Of a stretch of 64,000 nucleotides of DNA, positions 40,701 through 51,835 are shown piece by piece. The position numbers were made by a program, and so were the translations under genes. This DNA is from Ignavibacteriota bacterium (GTDB lineage Bacteria; Bacteroidota; Ignavibacteria; UBA10030). Under the pieces are notes generated by a model. That model was not told the DNA's origin. It made no database searches and saw only the letters and a program-made list of their open reading frames with translations. Position 1 is the stretch's first letter; each line of letters starts with the position of its first letter. The stretch spans positions 448,001 to 512,000 of the forward strand of contig CAVSHO010000009.1 in the NCBI GenBank assembly GCA_963727825.1, in the 5' to 3' direction.

Positions 40701-42762
40701 ACAGGCCTCTTCATTGCAGTCCACGATTGGCCATGCAGTGTTTGGATTATAGGGATCGATTAATACGATGGCATCAGGCGAAGCATTGAATAAACCCTGG
40801 AACAATTTCACGCTTTCTTGCAGTTTTTCCTCCGCCCGCTTGCGCTCGGTGACATCCACCCGGATTCCTGATATTCGTGTCGCATTCCCCGATGCATCCT
40901 CATCCATTACATATCCCTGAACATTAATCCAACGGTAAGAACCATCTGCATGTTTCATTCGAGCCGTATATTCATAGTTCTCGGTTTGACTAGTGAATGC
41001 ACTTTTCGTTTTGTCTTCAACCATCCGCCTGTCTTCTGGGTGTATTCTATCTAACCAGATATCTTGATCTTTAACTTTTTCATCCGGTTTACAACCCGAC
41101 ATGGAATACATTGTCGGTGATGCATACATTAGATTGTTTTTTAGATCCCATTCCCAGATTCCGATCTTTGTCGCTTCTAGAGTAATTCTGAGCCGTTCTT
41201 CATTTCTTTTCAGCACTTCTTCCGCCCGCTTGCGCGCGGTAATATCATTGAATGTGACAATGAGTTTGTCTGAAAGGAAAGTGGCGTAGAGTTCACAAAT
41301 GCGTACCGATCCGTCGTGGCAGGTAACTCGGTATTCTCCAGTGTTGACTGTTTGACCGGATTGTTGTGCCTTTTCCAGAAAATGCTTCCACCGATCAATC
41401 ACTTCTTGACGGTAATCGGGATCCGGGTACGCTATCTGATACCACTCAGTTGCGGTGGGTGAAGTATGTCCGAAAAGAGTGAGTGCGCTGCGGCTCCAAT
41501 AACTAATGTTGTTATCCTGAACATCAACTAAGGCAATGGGGAATGGTGTCGCATCGAGAACAGCACGGAGCCGTGCCTCACTCTTCCGCAAGGATTCCTC
41601 CATTTGCTTGCGTTCGGTGACATCTGTAAAGAATCCTACATTACAGGGTATTCCATCAATAATTACATTCGCTGTGTTTATTTGTGCAAAAAACACAGAT
41701 CCATCCTTATGCAAACAGGGGATGGAATGTGAAATCGTAATCTCTCCGCTAGCCATGGATTCGAATACAGCAATTACTTCCTGCAAATGTTCTGGTGGGT
41801 GGATGTCATTTACGGATAATCCGACAAGCTCGTCAGTGCTATAACCGAGCATTGAACAAATCATAGGGTTCGCGTATTTAAATTTTTTGTTTTTCCCATC
41901 AGCTATCAATATACCCTCTGAAGCACCATCGAAAATTGCCTTGTATTTTTTTTCTGATTCCTGCAATTCCTCCTCCGCCCGCTTGCGTTCGGTGATGTTA
42001 CGGATTATCATACTTGTATGATTGTTGCCTTTTTTACCTTTAAAGATTACTGAAGACATTTCGGCAGAAAATTTTGAACCGTCTTTACGCAAGAGGGTAA
42101 GTTCGCCAATAAATCTCCCAGTCCTGGTGCGTTCTTTCAAAGCAATAGCTAACCTTGGGTCAGATGCATCTACAATACCTTTTCGCCCGATTGAACAAAG
42201 TTCTTCTTCTGTACAGTTGGAACATTTTACAGGCAGCAGGATTAGCTGAAAAAATATCGCCGGAAGGAGATGTAAGCAAAACAGCATCTATACTGGAGTC
42301 GAAAAGAAGACGGAACCGTTCTTCGCTTTCCCGTAGTGCTTCTTCTGCATGTCTATGTGCTTTTCTTTCCTTTGATTCATCAAGTGCGCGTTTAATAGCC
42401 AAAGGAAGTCGTACTAATCGGTCCTTTAAAACATAATCGACAGCTCCTTGTTTTATGAGTTCGATGGCAATTTCTTCACCGATTGATCCGGAAACGCAGA
42501 TGAATGGAACATCCGGGCAGATATCTATGGCTAACTTTAATGCACCAATCGCATTGAATCCGGGTAATTTGAAATCACTTAAAATGATATCATACTTATT
42601 GTGGTGAAGCAGGGAGGTAAATTCCTTTTTCTTCTCAGTACAATCCATACTGAGATCATATCCTGCATCTATTAGCAGTTCGCGAATTATCTCGACGTCT
42701 CGAGGTGAGTCTTCGAGATATAAGACTTTTAGCGCTATCTTATCTATAGTCTTCTTTTTCAT
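37757..42762 (-). CDS. Hybrid histidine kinase REC-(PAS/PAC)x9-HisKA-HATPase-REC, split in this assembly by two extra bases (near 42219 and 40087)
   Basis: ORFs 42160-42816, 40080-42287 and 37757-40126 join into continuous PAS domains after removing one base at each site. Nine D/N-I/V-T-E-R-K-type linkers; '[11 protein letters not shown]', '[10 protein letters not shown]', 'GTGLGL', terminal receiver. Confidence 0.88.
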
Positions 42763-42766
42763 TTGA

Positions 42767-43210
42767 TTACATCCTCTCTGGCGGCATTTCATTAAGGACA
42801 GCCCAAAACACACCAACTTGTTTTACTGCTCCCATAAAATCCTGGAAATCTACTGGCTTCACTACATAGGCATTCGCTCCCAACTCATAGCTTTTCTTTA
42901 AATCCGGTTCCTCGCGAGAGGATGTGAGCATAACAACCGGGAGCGTTTTCAGTGCAGGATCACTTCGAATAGTTCGAAGCACTTCAAGCCCATCCATTCG
43001 GGGCATTTTGATATCAAGCAATAATACTGCTGGATTTTCTTGTTTGCGCATTTTATACTTCCCTTCGCAGCGCAGATATTCTATTGCCTCCACACCGTCT
43101 TTTACAACGGCAACCTGATTGGCGAGATTATGTTCTGCCAGGGCTTCGAGTGTCAATTCGATATCCTTGGGATTGTCTTCTGCTAATAATATTGTTCTTA
43201 TATTGTTCAT
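42767..43210 (-). CDS. Single-domain response regulator (Rcp1/CheY-like)
   Basis: 'LLAEDNPKD', 'LLDIKMP', 'LTSS', 'GANAYVVKPVDF'; 4-nt overlap with the kinase stop. Confidence 0.92.
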   Translation of the reverse strand: MNNIRTILLAEDNPKDIELTLEALAEHNLANQVAVVKDGVEAIEYLRCEGKYKMRKQENPAVLLLDIKMPRMDGLEVLRTIRSDPALKTLPVVMLTSSREEPDLKKSYELGANAYVVKPVDFQDFMGAVKQVGVFWAVLNEMPPERM

Positions 43211-45696
43211 GATTTCTCCTTCAAATTTTTTAGCAAGGTGAAATAAAATGTCGCTCCTTTATCCAGCTCAGCATCAGCCCAGGTGCGCCCTTCGTGCCGT
43301 ATTATTATGCGGCGCACATTCGCAAGTCCGATACCGGTTCCTTCAAATTCTTCCATCGAATGCAGGCGCTGGAAAACTCCAAACAGTTTTTGCGCATACT
43401 GCATATCAAATCCTACTCCATTGTCGCGTACATAAAAAACGAATTCCTTTTCCTCTTCTTTGACTCCAATTTCTATCTTAGCGCTCTCTCTTGTGCGAGT
43501 GAACTTGACGGCATTGCTCAGCAGATTCATCCATACAAGCTTCAGCATTGAACTATCGCATAACACCGATGGTAATTTGTCGATAATCCATTCGATTGTA
43601 CGACCGGAATTATCCTGGCGCAGAGATACCATAACTTCTTCAAGTATCGTATTCATATCCGTCACCGACTGGCGCATCTCGGTGCGTCCGGTTCTGGAAA
43701 ATTGCAGCAGGTCGTCAATGAGCATGCCCATCTGATGCACGGAATCTGCAATAGAGCTAAGGTAATGCTGGCCTTTTTCCGAAAGATCAGCTTTACACCG
43801 TTTTAAAAGCAGGTCCACGTATCCGCTGGCATGTCTCAAGGGTGCACGTAAATCGTGGGAGACAGAATAAGAAAACGCTTCGAGTTCTTTATTTGCAGCT
43901 TCAAGCTGGGCTGTGCGTTTAATTACGCGGTCTTCAAGTTCTGCATTTAAATACCTGATCTCTTCTTCCGCCTGCTTGCGCTCGGTGATATCGGTAATAG
44001 TTCCAACATAACCAACGATTTTATTTTTACTGTTCATTTGCGGAATCGCTTGGCCTATCACCCATGCAATTGTTCCATCTTTACGAACAAATCGATAGTC
44101 TGATTCAGAGGGCTTTTGCGCCTGCGTTGCATTATTCCAGCCTTTACTTAGTCTTTCTCTATCTTCATTATGAACTGCAACAAGCCATCCGGTTCCCATT
44201 GCTTCCTCTTTCGACAACCCTGACATTTGGCACCACCGCGGGTTCACATATATGGTGGATCCTTCCGTATCTGTTTGGAAAATTCCAACGGGGGAATTTT
44301 CGGCAAGCACTTGAAATCGTTGCTCGCTTTCGCGCAGTGCTTCCTCCATTATTTTTTGTTCGGTAATATCTAAGAGTGAAGCGATGCTTCTTTTCGTGCC
44401 TGGTATAACATCGATGGTAAGCAAGATATTACGGATATTTCCATCTCTCGGGATAAACCTGAACTCATATTGCTTCAATGCAGTTTCTTGCTTTTCCCTC
44501 CTTAAGAGATGCTGGGCTTGCATCCGGTCAAGATCTTCCTTTACTACAAATTCTGTCCAGCTTTTCTTTCCTTCAATCTCCTGTTTTGAATACTGCGAAA
44601 GTTTTTCAAACTCTGCATTGGAAAGACTGATGGTAGTATTTTCTTCTATCAGAACGGAAGCGGTTCCGGTATTTTCAAAAACTGTCCTGTATAATTCTTC
44701 ACTTTCCCCAAGGGCTGTTAAAATGACTTCCTGTTTTCTTTGTTCCCCAATGATTACCCGGAATTTGACAATGAGATACATGAAAATAACATAAGCAGTA
44801 AACAATGCGATGGTTATCAATAAGAGCTTTATTCTAACACCTGCAAGGGAAGCGATGACCTCGTCTTCCGGTGTATCAACGACAATGGACCAGAATGTAT
44901 TGTCCAAAGGAATAGGCATAAAGACAGCATGTCTAAGAACATTTTCAGCGATTTGATTCCGAATTCTATTATAATGATAAGTTGTAACTCCTTGCTTCCC
45001 TTTAAGCATTTCATCAGCCATAGAAATGATTTCAGGAAAATCTTTGTAGAGATCATAAACACTTTTGCCGACGTGTTCGGTGACGGGGGAAGAAATTTCT
45101 ATGCCCTTTTCACTCACAACCCAGGCATATCCGCTTTCTCCAATATGGATATTTTCGATATATTTTTGTGCGATCTTATCGAACGATAAAAGGAATGCAA
45201 GCGTCCCATTATATGTGCCGTTTTTGAAAATCGGAACATGAACAGCTACTGTCCTAAAACCTTGAACAGCCATGAATACATCGCTGATAACGATTTTATG
45301 AGTTTTCATACTCAAGCGAATATGTTCTTGATCCGAAATATCTTTCCCGATTGATTCTATGTTAGGGACCGTATAGATGATTTTTCCATGTGCATCAATT
45401 CGTGTAACTCCTTTGATCTCATCGGGAGAAAGGTGCTGGTAGTTCATCATAACTTGCCTGCCTGCAGCATTGAGCTCGATGATTTCCGGAAAACGAGAGA
45501 GGAAATTCAGCGTATTGATGGTACTCTTCATATAGTCTTCAATCCCTGCTACAGCTTGTTGTGCATGGATCGTCTGACGTATATTCATATCCTGAATCAT
45601 TTGTTCTTTGATATTGGTGTAGACAGCATATAGTGTTACAACAAACAGAAGAAGAATACAGATGGATATGATGATAAGATATTTTCCGAATTTCAT
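43207..45696 (-). CDS. Membrane sensor histidine kinase, dCache-PAS-PAS-HisKA-HATPase
   Basis: Two TM helices flank a Cache-like domain ('GYAWVVSEKG'); 'FSYSVSHDLRAPL', 'NLLSNAVKF', 'DNGVGFD', 'GTGIGLA'. Likely start MKFGK. Confidence 0.92.
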   Translation of the reverse strand: MKFGKYLIIISICILLLFVVTLYAVYTNIKEQMIQDMNIRQTIHAQQAVAGIEDYMKSTINTLNFLSRFPEIIELNAAGRQVMMNYQHLSPDEIKGVTRIDAHGKIIYTVPNIESIGKDISDQEHIRLSMKTHKIVISDVFMAVQGFRTVAVHVPIFKNGTYNGTLAFLLSFDKIAQKYIENIHIGESGYAWVVSEKGIEISSPVTEHVGKSVYDLYKDFPEIISMADEMLKGKQGVTTYHYNRIRNQIAENVLRHAVFMPIPLDNTFWSIVVDTPEDEVIASLAGVRIKLLLITIALFTAYVIFMYLIVKFRVIIGEQRKQEVILTALGESEELYRTVFENTGTASVLIEENTTISLSNAEFEKLSQYSKQEIEGKKSWTEFVVKEDLDRMQAQHLLRREKQETALKQYEFRFIPRDGNIRNILLTIDVIPGTKRSIASLLDITEQKIMEEALRESEQRFQVLAENSPVGIFQTDTEGSTIYVNPRWCQMSGLSKEEAMGTGWLVAVHNEDRERLSKGWNNATQAQKPSESDYRFVRKDGTIAWVIGQAIPQMNSKNKIVGYVGTITDITERKQAEEEIRYLNAELEDRVIKRTAQLEAANKELEAFSYSVSHDLRAPLRHASGYVDLLLKRCKADLSEKGQHYLSSIADSVHQMGMLIDDLLQFSRTGRTEMRQSVTDMNTILEEVMVSLRQDNSGRTIEWIIDKLPSVLCDSSMLKLVWMNLLSNAVKFTRTRESAKIEIGVKEEEKEFVFYVRDNGVGFDMQYAQKLFGVFQRLHSMEEFEGTGIGLANVRRIIIRHEGRTWADAELDKGATFYFTLLKNLKEKS

Positions 45697-46041
45697 TTTG
45701 CTATTCCTAAATTGCAAATTGCTTTGTTTTTGCCATAACGCCCTCCAAAAAAATGACGCGCAAGCAAATCCTGACAGCATGGAAAAACTAAGTGATGCGA
45801 AGAAAAATAATTTGGAAAAGGAAATAGAATGCTATGCAGAGTTTGGAATTATCTTCTAAACACATACGGTTGGCAGAGAAATTGACCATCGACCAGTTAA
45901 AACTTATCCTCTTGTGCATACTCTTTTCTCCAATCCCTTATGGTATAGAGAGTCAAACACTCGTTACACAAGGGTAGCAAGTCTTTATAGTGAAAATCAA
46001 GGGACGCAGTTTCTTTCAATAGCTTCGCGAACCTGCGTTAC

Positions 46042-46069
46042 AAAAACGCCCGAACAGATGTTCAGGCGT
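46042..46069 (-). terminator. Probable terminator of uxaE
   Basis: ACGCCTGAAC/GTTCGGGCGT stem followed by a T-run on the minus strand. Confidence 0.6.
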
Positions 46070-46183
46070 AGTTGTTTCTGACAGTTTTAGAAAAATTTAT
46101 TAATAACTTGAGCCGGTCGAAATGCCGCACTTTCTTGTTTTACGTCATTCTACCCTGATCCAACAACTAAAGACAAATCTCTA

Positions 46184-47431
46184 TCATCCGATAAATAATG
46201 GTTTGAGATGCCGATTCAGAATATTGCCCGTGACTGAAGCACTGACAGAAGCTTCATTATTATCCAACGCCGAAGTGTATCGAGCACCCATTTCTGCAGC
46301 AATTTTGAATGCGATATGAAGCATCTGGCGCAGATGAATATTAAAAGTAGGATTTTTTTGATCGTGTTGAAGCGCAGATACAAACTGTTGAGAGGTCCAG
46401 CTACTCACTTCTGATGGCTGAGGTAATTTTGAATTATCAATTTCCACCACAGTTGCATAAGGTTTGATAAGTTCATCCATGCGAGGATATGCTTGGGCAT
46501 AAACATCTTTGGCAATCGCCAAACCATCACCACCAGCCGCCGCTAACCCGATCAATTCTTCAAGCCAAGTTGTTCCTGCTGTTTTAAGATGAAGTCCTGC
46601 GTTATGCTTCTTCAATACGCGATGTATATGAGGGTACAGCGAAAATTTATCACTTCCAGAATGGACACTTAACTTCAAATTCTTTTGAAGACTAAATACA
46701 TTTACAGCGTGAGCAATAACCAAAACATCTTCTTCAAATTCCTGTGCGAATGCAATAGGATTGCCTACATAATCAATTCCCTTCAAGAACTTGCCGGAAA
46801 ATTTCGGTGCGATTGTTTGCGCCGGAATTCCTTCCTGCGCGATAGCTGCAAGAATAAAGAACATCTCAACTGGAGTTTGCGGCGTATCTGTTTCATCCAT
46901 AGATACTTCGACAATAAATTCACCTTCTCCTTTATTCTTTCTAATGTGCTGATAAGTCTTTGCTGCCTCTTTAACCGCATAAAGATATTTCGCTCCTATT
47001 TTATGAAGCGAATCTTCCGTAACAGTAATATCTCGCTGGACTCCAGGAATATTCAGTTTGCCTTTATACTTTGCCAGTGTTTGTTCGAATGTATGAAGAT
47101 CTGCATCTGCCGGAGCTTTTCCGATAAAATCAGCAACATCTAAAGTAAAGAAATCCGCATGCGCCATAAATTTATCTACGTTGCCAAGGCCTATATGATC
47201 GGCATCAACGTGATATGCCCCCTTCCACCCCATTTCTTTCACTGCAGCATCCGCTTCACGACGGGTATCTTCCGGGTTTGTACCAATTATAGTGTGCTCG
47301 CGATTAGATTTATTCCAAACCGGAACCACATCTACTCCTAGCTCTTTTGCAATCAGGAATGCCTGCAATTGTGCATTTCCTTGGTGGCCAAAACGATCTC
47401 CGACACCTATCGAAAACTTCTCGAGTAACAT
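46184..47431 (-). CDS. uxaE: Tagaturonate/fructuronate epimerase (UxaE family)
   Basis: 'GVGDRFG', 'NKSNRE', 'DADH', 'EVSMDET', 'KLSVHSGSDKF', 'HLKTAGTTWLEE'. Confidence 0.88.
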   Translation of the reverse strand: MLLEKFSIGVGDRFGHQGNAQLQAFLIAKELGVDVVPVWNKSNREHTIIGTNPEDTRREADAAVKEMGWKGAYHVDADHIGLGNVDKFMAHADFFTLDVADFIGKAPADADLHTFEQTLAKYKGKLNIPGVQRDITVTEDSLHKIGAKYLYAVKEAAKTYQHIRKNKGEGEFIVEVSMDETDTPQTPVEMFFILAAIAQEGIPAQTIAPKFSGKFLKGIDYVGNPIAFAQEFEEDVLVIAHAVNVFSLQKNLKLSVHSGSDKFSLYPHIHRVLKKHNAGLHLKTAGTTWLEELIGLAAAGGDGLAIAKDVYAQAYPRMDELIKPYATVVEIDNSKLPQPSEVSSWTSQQFVSALQHDQKNPTFNIHLRQMLHIAFKIAAEMGARYTSALDNNEASVSASVTGNILNRHLKPLFIG

Positions 47432-47814
47432 TCGTATCTCCTTATATTCTGGACAATCTATCTTTCAAATTAAATTCCACTCATAACTGAGATAGAGTTT
47501 CTTTATTAAAATACTAATATTTCTAATATTTGCAAAATTGCTTACTATGATGTTTGCTAATTGACTTTTTTTGAAGCCTTTTACAGATTCAATCAGAGAT
47601 CCTACTAAGATACAATAGTTTGAGTAATATGACATTGAGGTCATCGTTGATCAAAACCAATTCATATTGCCATATCTCTTGAATTCCCATATTACCGTTC
47701 GTATATTGTTTTCATTTGATTTTGACATTCAACGATAAGCCTGCAAAATTTCTTACGTTATGTCATTTATCAATTGTCGCACCGAAAGCTGAAATAAAAA
47801 GAGGATAATTCAAA

Positions 47815-50386
47815 ATGTTTGAAAAGTTTATCTCGTTTCTTGCACCGCCAAACCTTGGTGATGAAGAAAAAAATCGCGTTGCAGAAATTCTCAATGTTAT
47901 TGCGCTTAGTATCCTTACAGGCTTTATAGTTCTTGTTCTTCAAAGAGCGATTGCCGGTCAGTATAAATTATTTCTTCAAATAATATCCGCCGGTGTACTG
48001 ATTATTATTTCTATTGTGCTCCTCAGGAAGGGCCATTTGCTATGGGCAGAAGGTCTGCTGCTATGGACGCTCTTGGGTTTCATTACATATCTGCTCTACA
48101 CATCGAATGGATTGCACAATATTGCTCTTCTTGGCATTCCCATCTGTCTGGTGTTTGCAGGAATTGCTCTCCGTGCAACATATTTTTACGCCTACACAAT
48201 TTTAGCAATTCTATCAGTAATCATTATAGGCTTTCTCGAAACCAATGGATTGCTTATAAATAGAGACATCACACAGACGACTTACTTCGACATTATCGAT
48301 ATTACCGTTATCCTTTGTGTGACAGCTGTGGCTGTGCGCATTCTTGCAGATAATCTTCTGCGAAGTATCAATAAAGCACGAACGAACGAAAAGGATATCC
48401 GACACAAAGTCATGGAATTAAAGGAATCTGAAGAAAAGTTCAGGACACTTACTGAAGAGTTACCGAATATGGTTTTTATTTATAAGGATGGAAAGATCAT
48501 ATATATAAATGAAAGATGTAAAGAGTTGATCAACTACACACGCGAAGAAATTTATGCGGCAGGATTCGACTTTCTATCGATTATTGTGCCAGAACATCGA
48601 GATGTGGTTATGCAAAAATTCTCCCTGCATAAAAGTGGAATCGAAGTAGAGCCGTATGAGTGTACGTTTATTGGAAAAGGAAATCAGATAATCGAATGCC
48701 TTCAAATGTCGAAGGTGATCCATTATGAAGGGGAGCCAGCAATACTTGGTATTGTTGCAGATTTGACGGAATTTAAGCGCGCCCAAAATGCTATTCGTGA
48801 AAGTCAAAGCCGGCTTTCTTGCATCATCACATCGGCGATGGAAAGTATCATTACATTAGATGAACACAGGCGCATCCAATCGTTTAACCCTGCATCGGAG
48901 CAAATGTTCCGCTGCTCAGAAGCAGAAGCAATAGGACAATCAATCGATCGTTTCATTGCTCTTCCAAATAGCGATAAGAATCAAAACAACAGCAATATGC
49001 ATGAATTGCATTCGATTGTCAGCATATTAGAAGGCAGTATGAGAGCGATCAATGGTATTCGTACAAATGGTGAAGTTTTTCCTGTTGAAGCATCCATCGC
49101 AAAAGTTAACGCTGGAAATGAAGAGCTTTACACGATTATCCTCCGCGATATCACCGAACGATTAAAGTCAGAAGAGGCACAAAGAAACTTGCAGGCACAG
49201 CTATTGCAGTCACAAAAAATGGAAGCAGTCGGCTCTCTTGCCGGAGGTATTGCACATGATTTTAACAATATTCTTTCTGTCATCATTGGCAACGCCGAGC
49301 TAATAAAACTGAAAGTGACTCCAAAACACCGTGCAATGAAACACATCGAAGAAGTAATCAGCGCGTCGGATCGAGCGCAAGAACTTGTTCAACAAATTCT
49401 CGCTTTCAGCAGGAAACAGGATACACAATTCCGGCCTGTACGTCTGCATTACATCTTACGAGAGGGAATGAAGCTTCTCCGGGCATCGCTTCCTGCGACG
49501 ATTGAGATCAAGGTGGATTTACCGATAAATGGCCCGCTCATCTTAGGCGATGCGACACAAATACACCAAGTGATCATGAATCTTTGCACTAATGCCGCTC
49601 AAGCAATGGAAGGAATGGACGGCAAACTTTTCTTGCGCCAGAAGAATGTAGAGTTTGACGACCGTGCAATTCTATATCATCCTGATCTGAAAAAGGGCCT
49701 CTATGCAATGTTTACAGTTCAGGATACTGGACTCGGCATGGATGGATTCACTCTGAAACGTATTTTCGAACCGTTCTTTACAACAAAAGCTCCGGGCAAA
49801 GGAACAGGATTGGGATTGGCAATTGTGCATGCCATTATTAAAAATCATGGCGGTGCAATCAAAGTTCAAAGTCAAGTTGGAAAAGGCACGCAAGTGGACG
49901 TCTACCTTCCTGTGTATGAGGGCGAAGAGGAGTATGTGAAATACTGATAAAACAAAAGAAAGTCTCGGAAGTGCCGAACGTATTATGATCGTTGACGATG
50001 AAGAGCAATTGCTAAAAACGCTGACAGAAACATTAAAAGGGCTGGGATATCAGGCTTTTCCCTTCAGCAAGGCAACAGAAGCGCTGCATGCATTCGAGGA
50101 AAACCCGGCCGGATTCGATCTCATCATTACAGATCAGACGATGCCGCATATGACCGGTATCTTTTTCGCCGGTAAAATCAGGCAGGTACGCAACAATCTG
50201 CCGATCATTTTAATGACCGGATATGATCAATTAGAAGATCCTAAAAAACTCGAATCTCTCGGCATACAGACAGTTTTACTCAAACCGTTTAGAAAAGTTG
50301 TTCTTGGAGAAACAATAAGGAAAATATTGGAAAAAAAAGAAGTACCTAAATCGTTCGATCACACGGTAAAGAAAGCAAAGTATTGA
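47815..50386 (+). CDS. Membrane hybrid histidine kinase (multi-TM, PAS, PAS, HisKA, HATPase, REC); extra A near 49940 separates the receiver
   Basis: ORFs 47815-49947 and 49985-50386; removing one A gives '..[26 protein letters not shown]', a standard kinase-receiver linker. Confidence 0.85.
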
Positions 50387-50459
50387 AAAGAAGAAATCTA
50401 TTTTCGCTTCCTTCTTTTTAGTCTCATGATAATTACTGCATTATCTCCTGATGCAAAAC

Positions 50460-51569
50460 CTACAACCCTGAAAGAAGTTTGATCTGTTCGTACCTCTTTA
50501 TTTTACCGCGAACTGTAGCAAGAAGATTTTCACGATGAATCGGCTTAACTAGAAAGTCATCGACTCCGATTTCTTTACCGGCTCGCATAAGAACGGCATC
50601 GTCTAATCCTGTGATAAACACAAAAGGAACCTGTTGCAGGTGACGCAGTTCTCTGGTTTTTTCAAAAAATAAAAAACCGTTCATTGTTGAAGTTTCTAGA
50701 CTGATGTCGCATAGAATTAAGTCAACGCTTTCTTTTTTCAAAAATTCGTACGCATCATCTGACGTACTGAAGCCTGCCACGTTGTACTTTGCCTGAACAA
50801 GTGTTTCCTTCATTAAGGGAAGTATCTGTTCGTCATCATCAATCACAGCGATCTTCCACTTTTTTACCTTCTTCTCTTTAAAGGCAATAAGGTTAGCGTC
50901 GATTACGACCTGCTCAGAATTGGATACATCAAAACTTTTACGAAGCTCGGCAAGACTTTCTTTCACCTCTATCTGCGATGCATGTTGCAAGAGATGCTTT
51001 AATAAAAAAATATAACATTCTAATTTTGCTTGTCTATCTAAGGCTTCATGTTCTTCTACAGTAATATTAAATGATTGTCTGAGGTCTTGAAGTTCGCGCA
51101 CTTCTTCTTCTGTTTTTTGACCATCAGACCACACAAGCAGAAGTGCTTGTTTGTAGGTTTCTATTGCTTCCCTAGAAGCCCCTTTAACTTTTGCAGGTTC
51201 AGTTGAATCAGTAGAACGCAGACCAGCTTTCTTGAACTCTTCGTACAGCGCCGGGACTTTTATTCCATTGATGCTTTCGCGATCAGTTAGAATGTGTTCA
51301 TTCAGATTGTACGGTGTCAGCACTTTCCCTGACACATCGGCGTCTTTTACGCTCGCAGGAGGAACTGTTTTATTTCGTTGCTGCTGAATAAAAAGTTCTT
51401 GAATGCGTTCTTCGTAGGCAAATGCATATAAATTTTTCGGATCTAATTCACGAGCTTTTTTTACTTCTTGAAGCGCCTTTTCTAGATTATTCGATTTTAC
51501 AAGTTGATCGACATGCTTTAGGATTTCTCTGGACGATTTCGTGATTTCAGGTATCCGTGTCGATTCCAA
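50460..51569 (-). CDS. Response regulator with unusual N-terminal helical domains and C-terminal receiver
   Basis: TTG start with AAAGGAG RBS; C-terminal 'IAVIDDD..LILCDI..FITG..DDFLVKP'; N-terminal TPR-like helix pair and 'WSDG..TEEE..EL..LR' motif. Confidence 0.85.
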   Translation of the reverse strand: MESTRIPEITKSSREILKHVDQLVKSNNLEKALQEVKKARELDPKNLYAFAYEERIQELFIQQQRNKTVPPASVKDADVSGKVLTPYNLNEHILTDRESINGIKVPALYEEFKKAGLRSTDSTEPAKVKGASREAIETYKQALLLVWSDGQKTEEEVRELQDLRQSFNITVEEHEALDRQAKLECYIFLLKHLLQHASQIEVKESLAELRKSFDVSNSEQVVIDANLIAFKEKKVKKWKIAVIDDDEQILPLMKETLVQAKYNVAGFSTSDDAYEFLKKESVDLILCDISLETSTMNGFLFFEKTRELRHLQQVPFVFITGLDDAVLMRAGKEIGVDDFLVKPIHRENLLATVRGKIKRYEQIKLLSGL

Positions 51570-51675
51570 TTAATTATCTCCTTTATGTAGTCACAAGTAT
51601 TCTTGCTATTCCTAAAAAATACAGAAATCCGTTTTTATGAAACATAACGAATTATGAAAGGCAATTAAAAGATAT

Positions 51676-51708
51676 ATAACGAGTTATCGCTGTGCGACAA
51701 CTCGTCAC
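51676..51708 (-). terminator. Hairpin downstream of cstA (probable terminator)
   Basis: GTGACGAGTTGTCGC-aca-GCGATAACTCGTTAT stem with G-U pairs on the minus strand, then a T-rich tail. Confidence 0.5.
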
Positions 51709-51835
51709 GCTACTCTATTACAGTAGAAGGTAGGAATGTCTTTCGAGAAACGCAATTTGAAAATTTATTTATTTCAATTGCAAATTGACTATCTGGTTCC
51801 GTTTGTACTTTTAAAGCATTTTGCTAAAACAGTTT

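Noticed and set aside
39287-42000. Regularly spaced ~25-bp repeats as a CRISPR array
   Set aside because: Spacing is ~380 bp, the repeats are degenerate and in-frame coding linkers, and no cas genes are present.
40080-42287. Programmed ribosomal frameshifting in the PAS kinase, galM or araA
   Set aside because: No slippery heptamer or stimulatory structure was seen; scattered single-base errors explain all cases more simply.
45788-45919. 43-codon ORF with a GGAG upstream, ahead of the dCache kinase
   Set aside because: No recognisable features; chance ORFs of this size are common.
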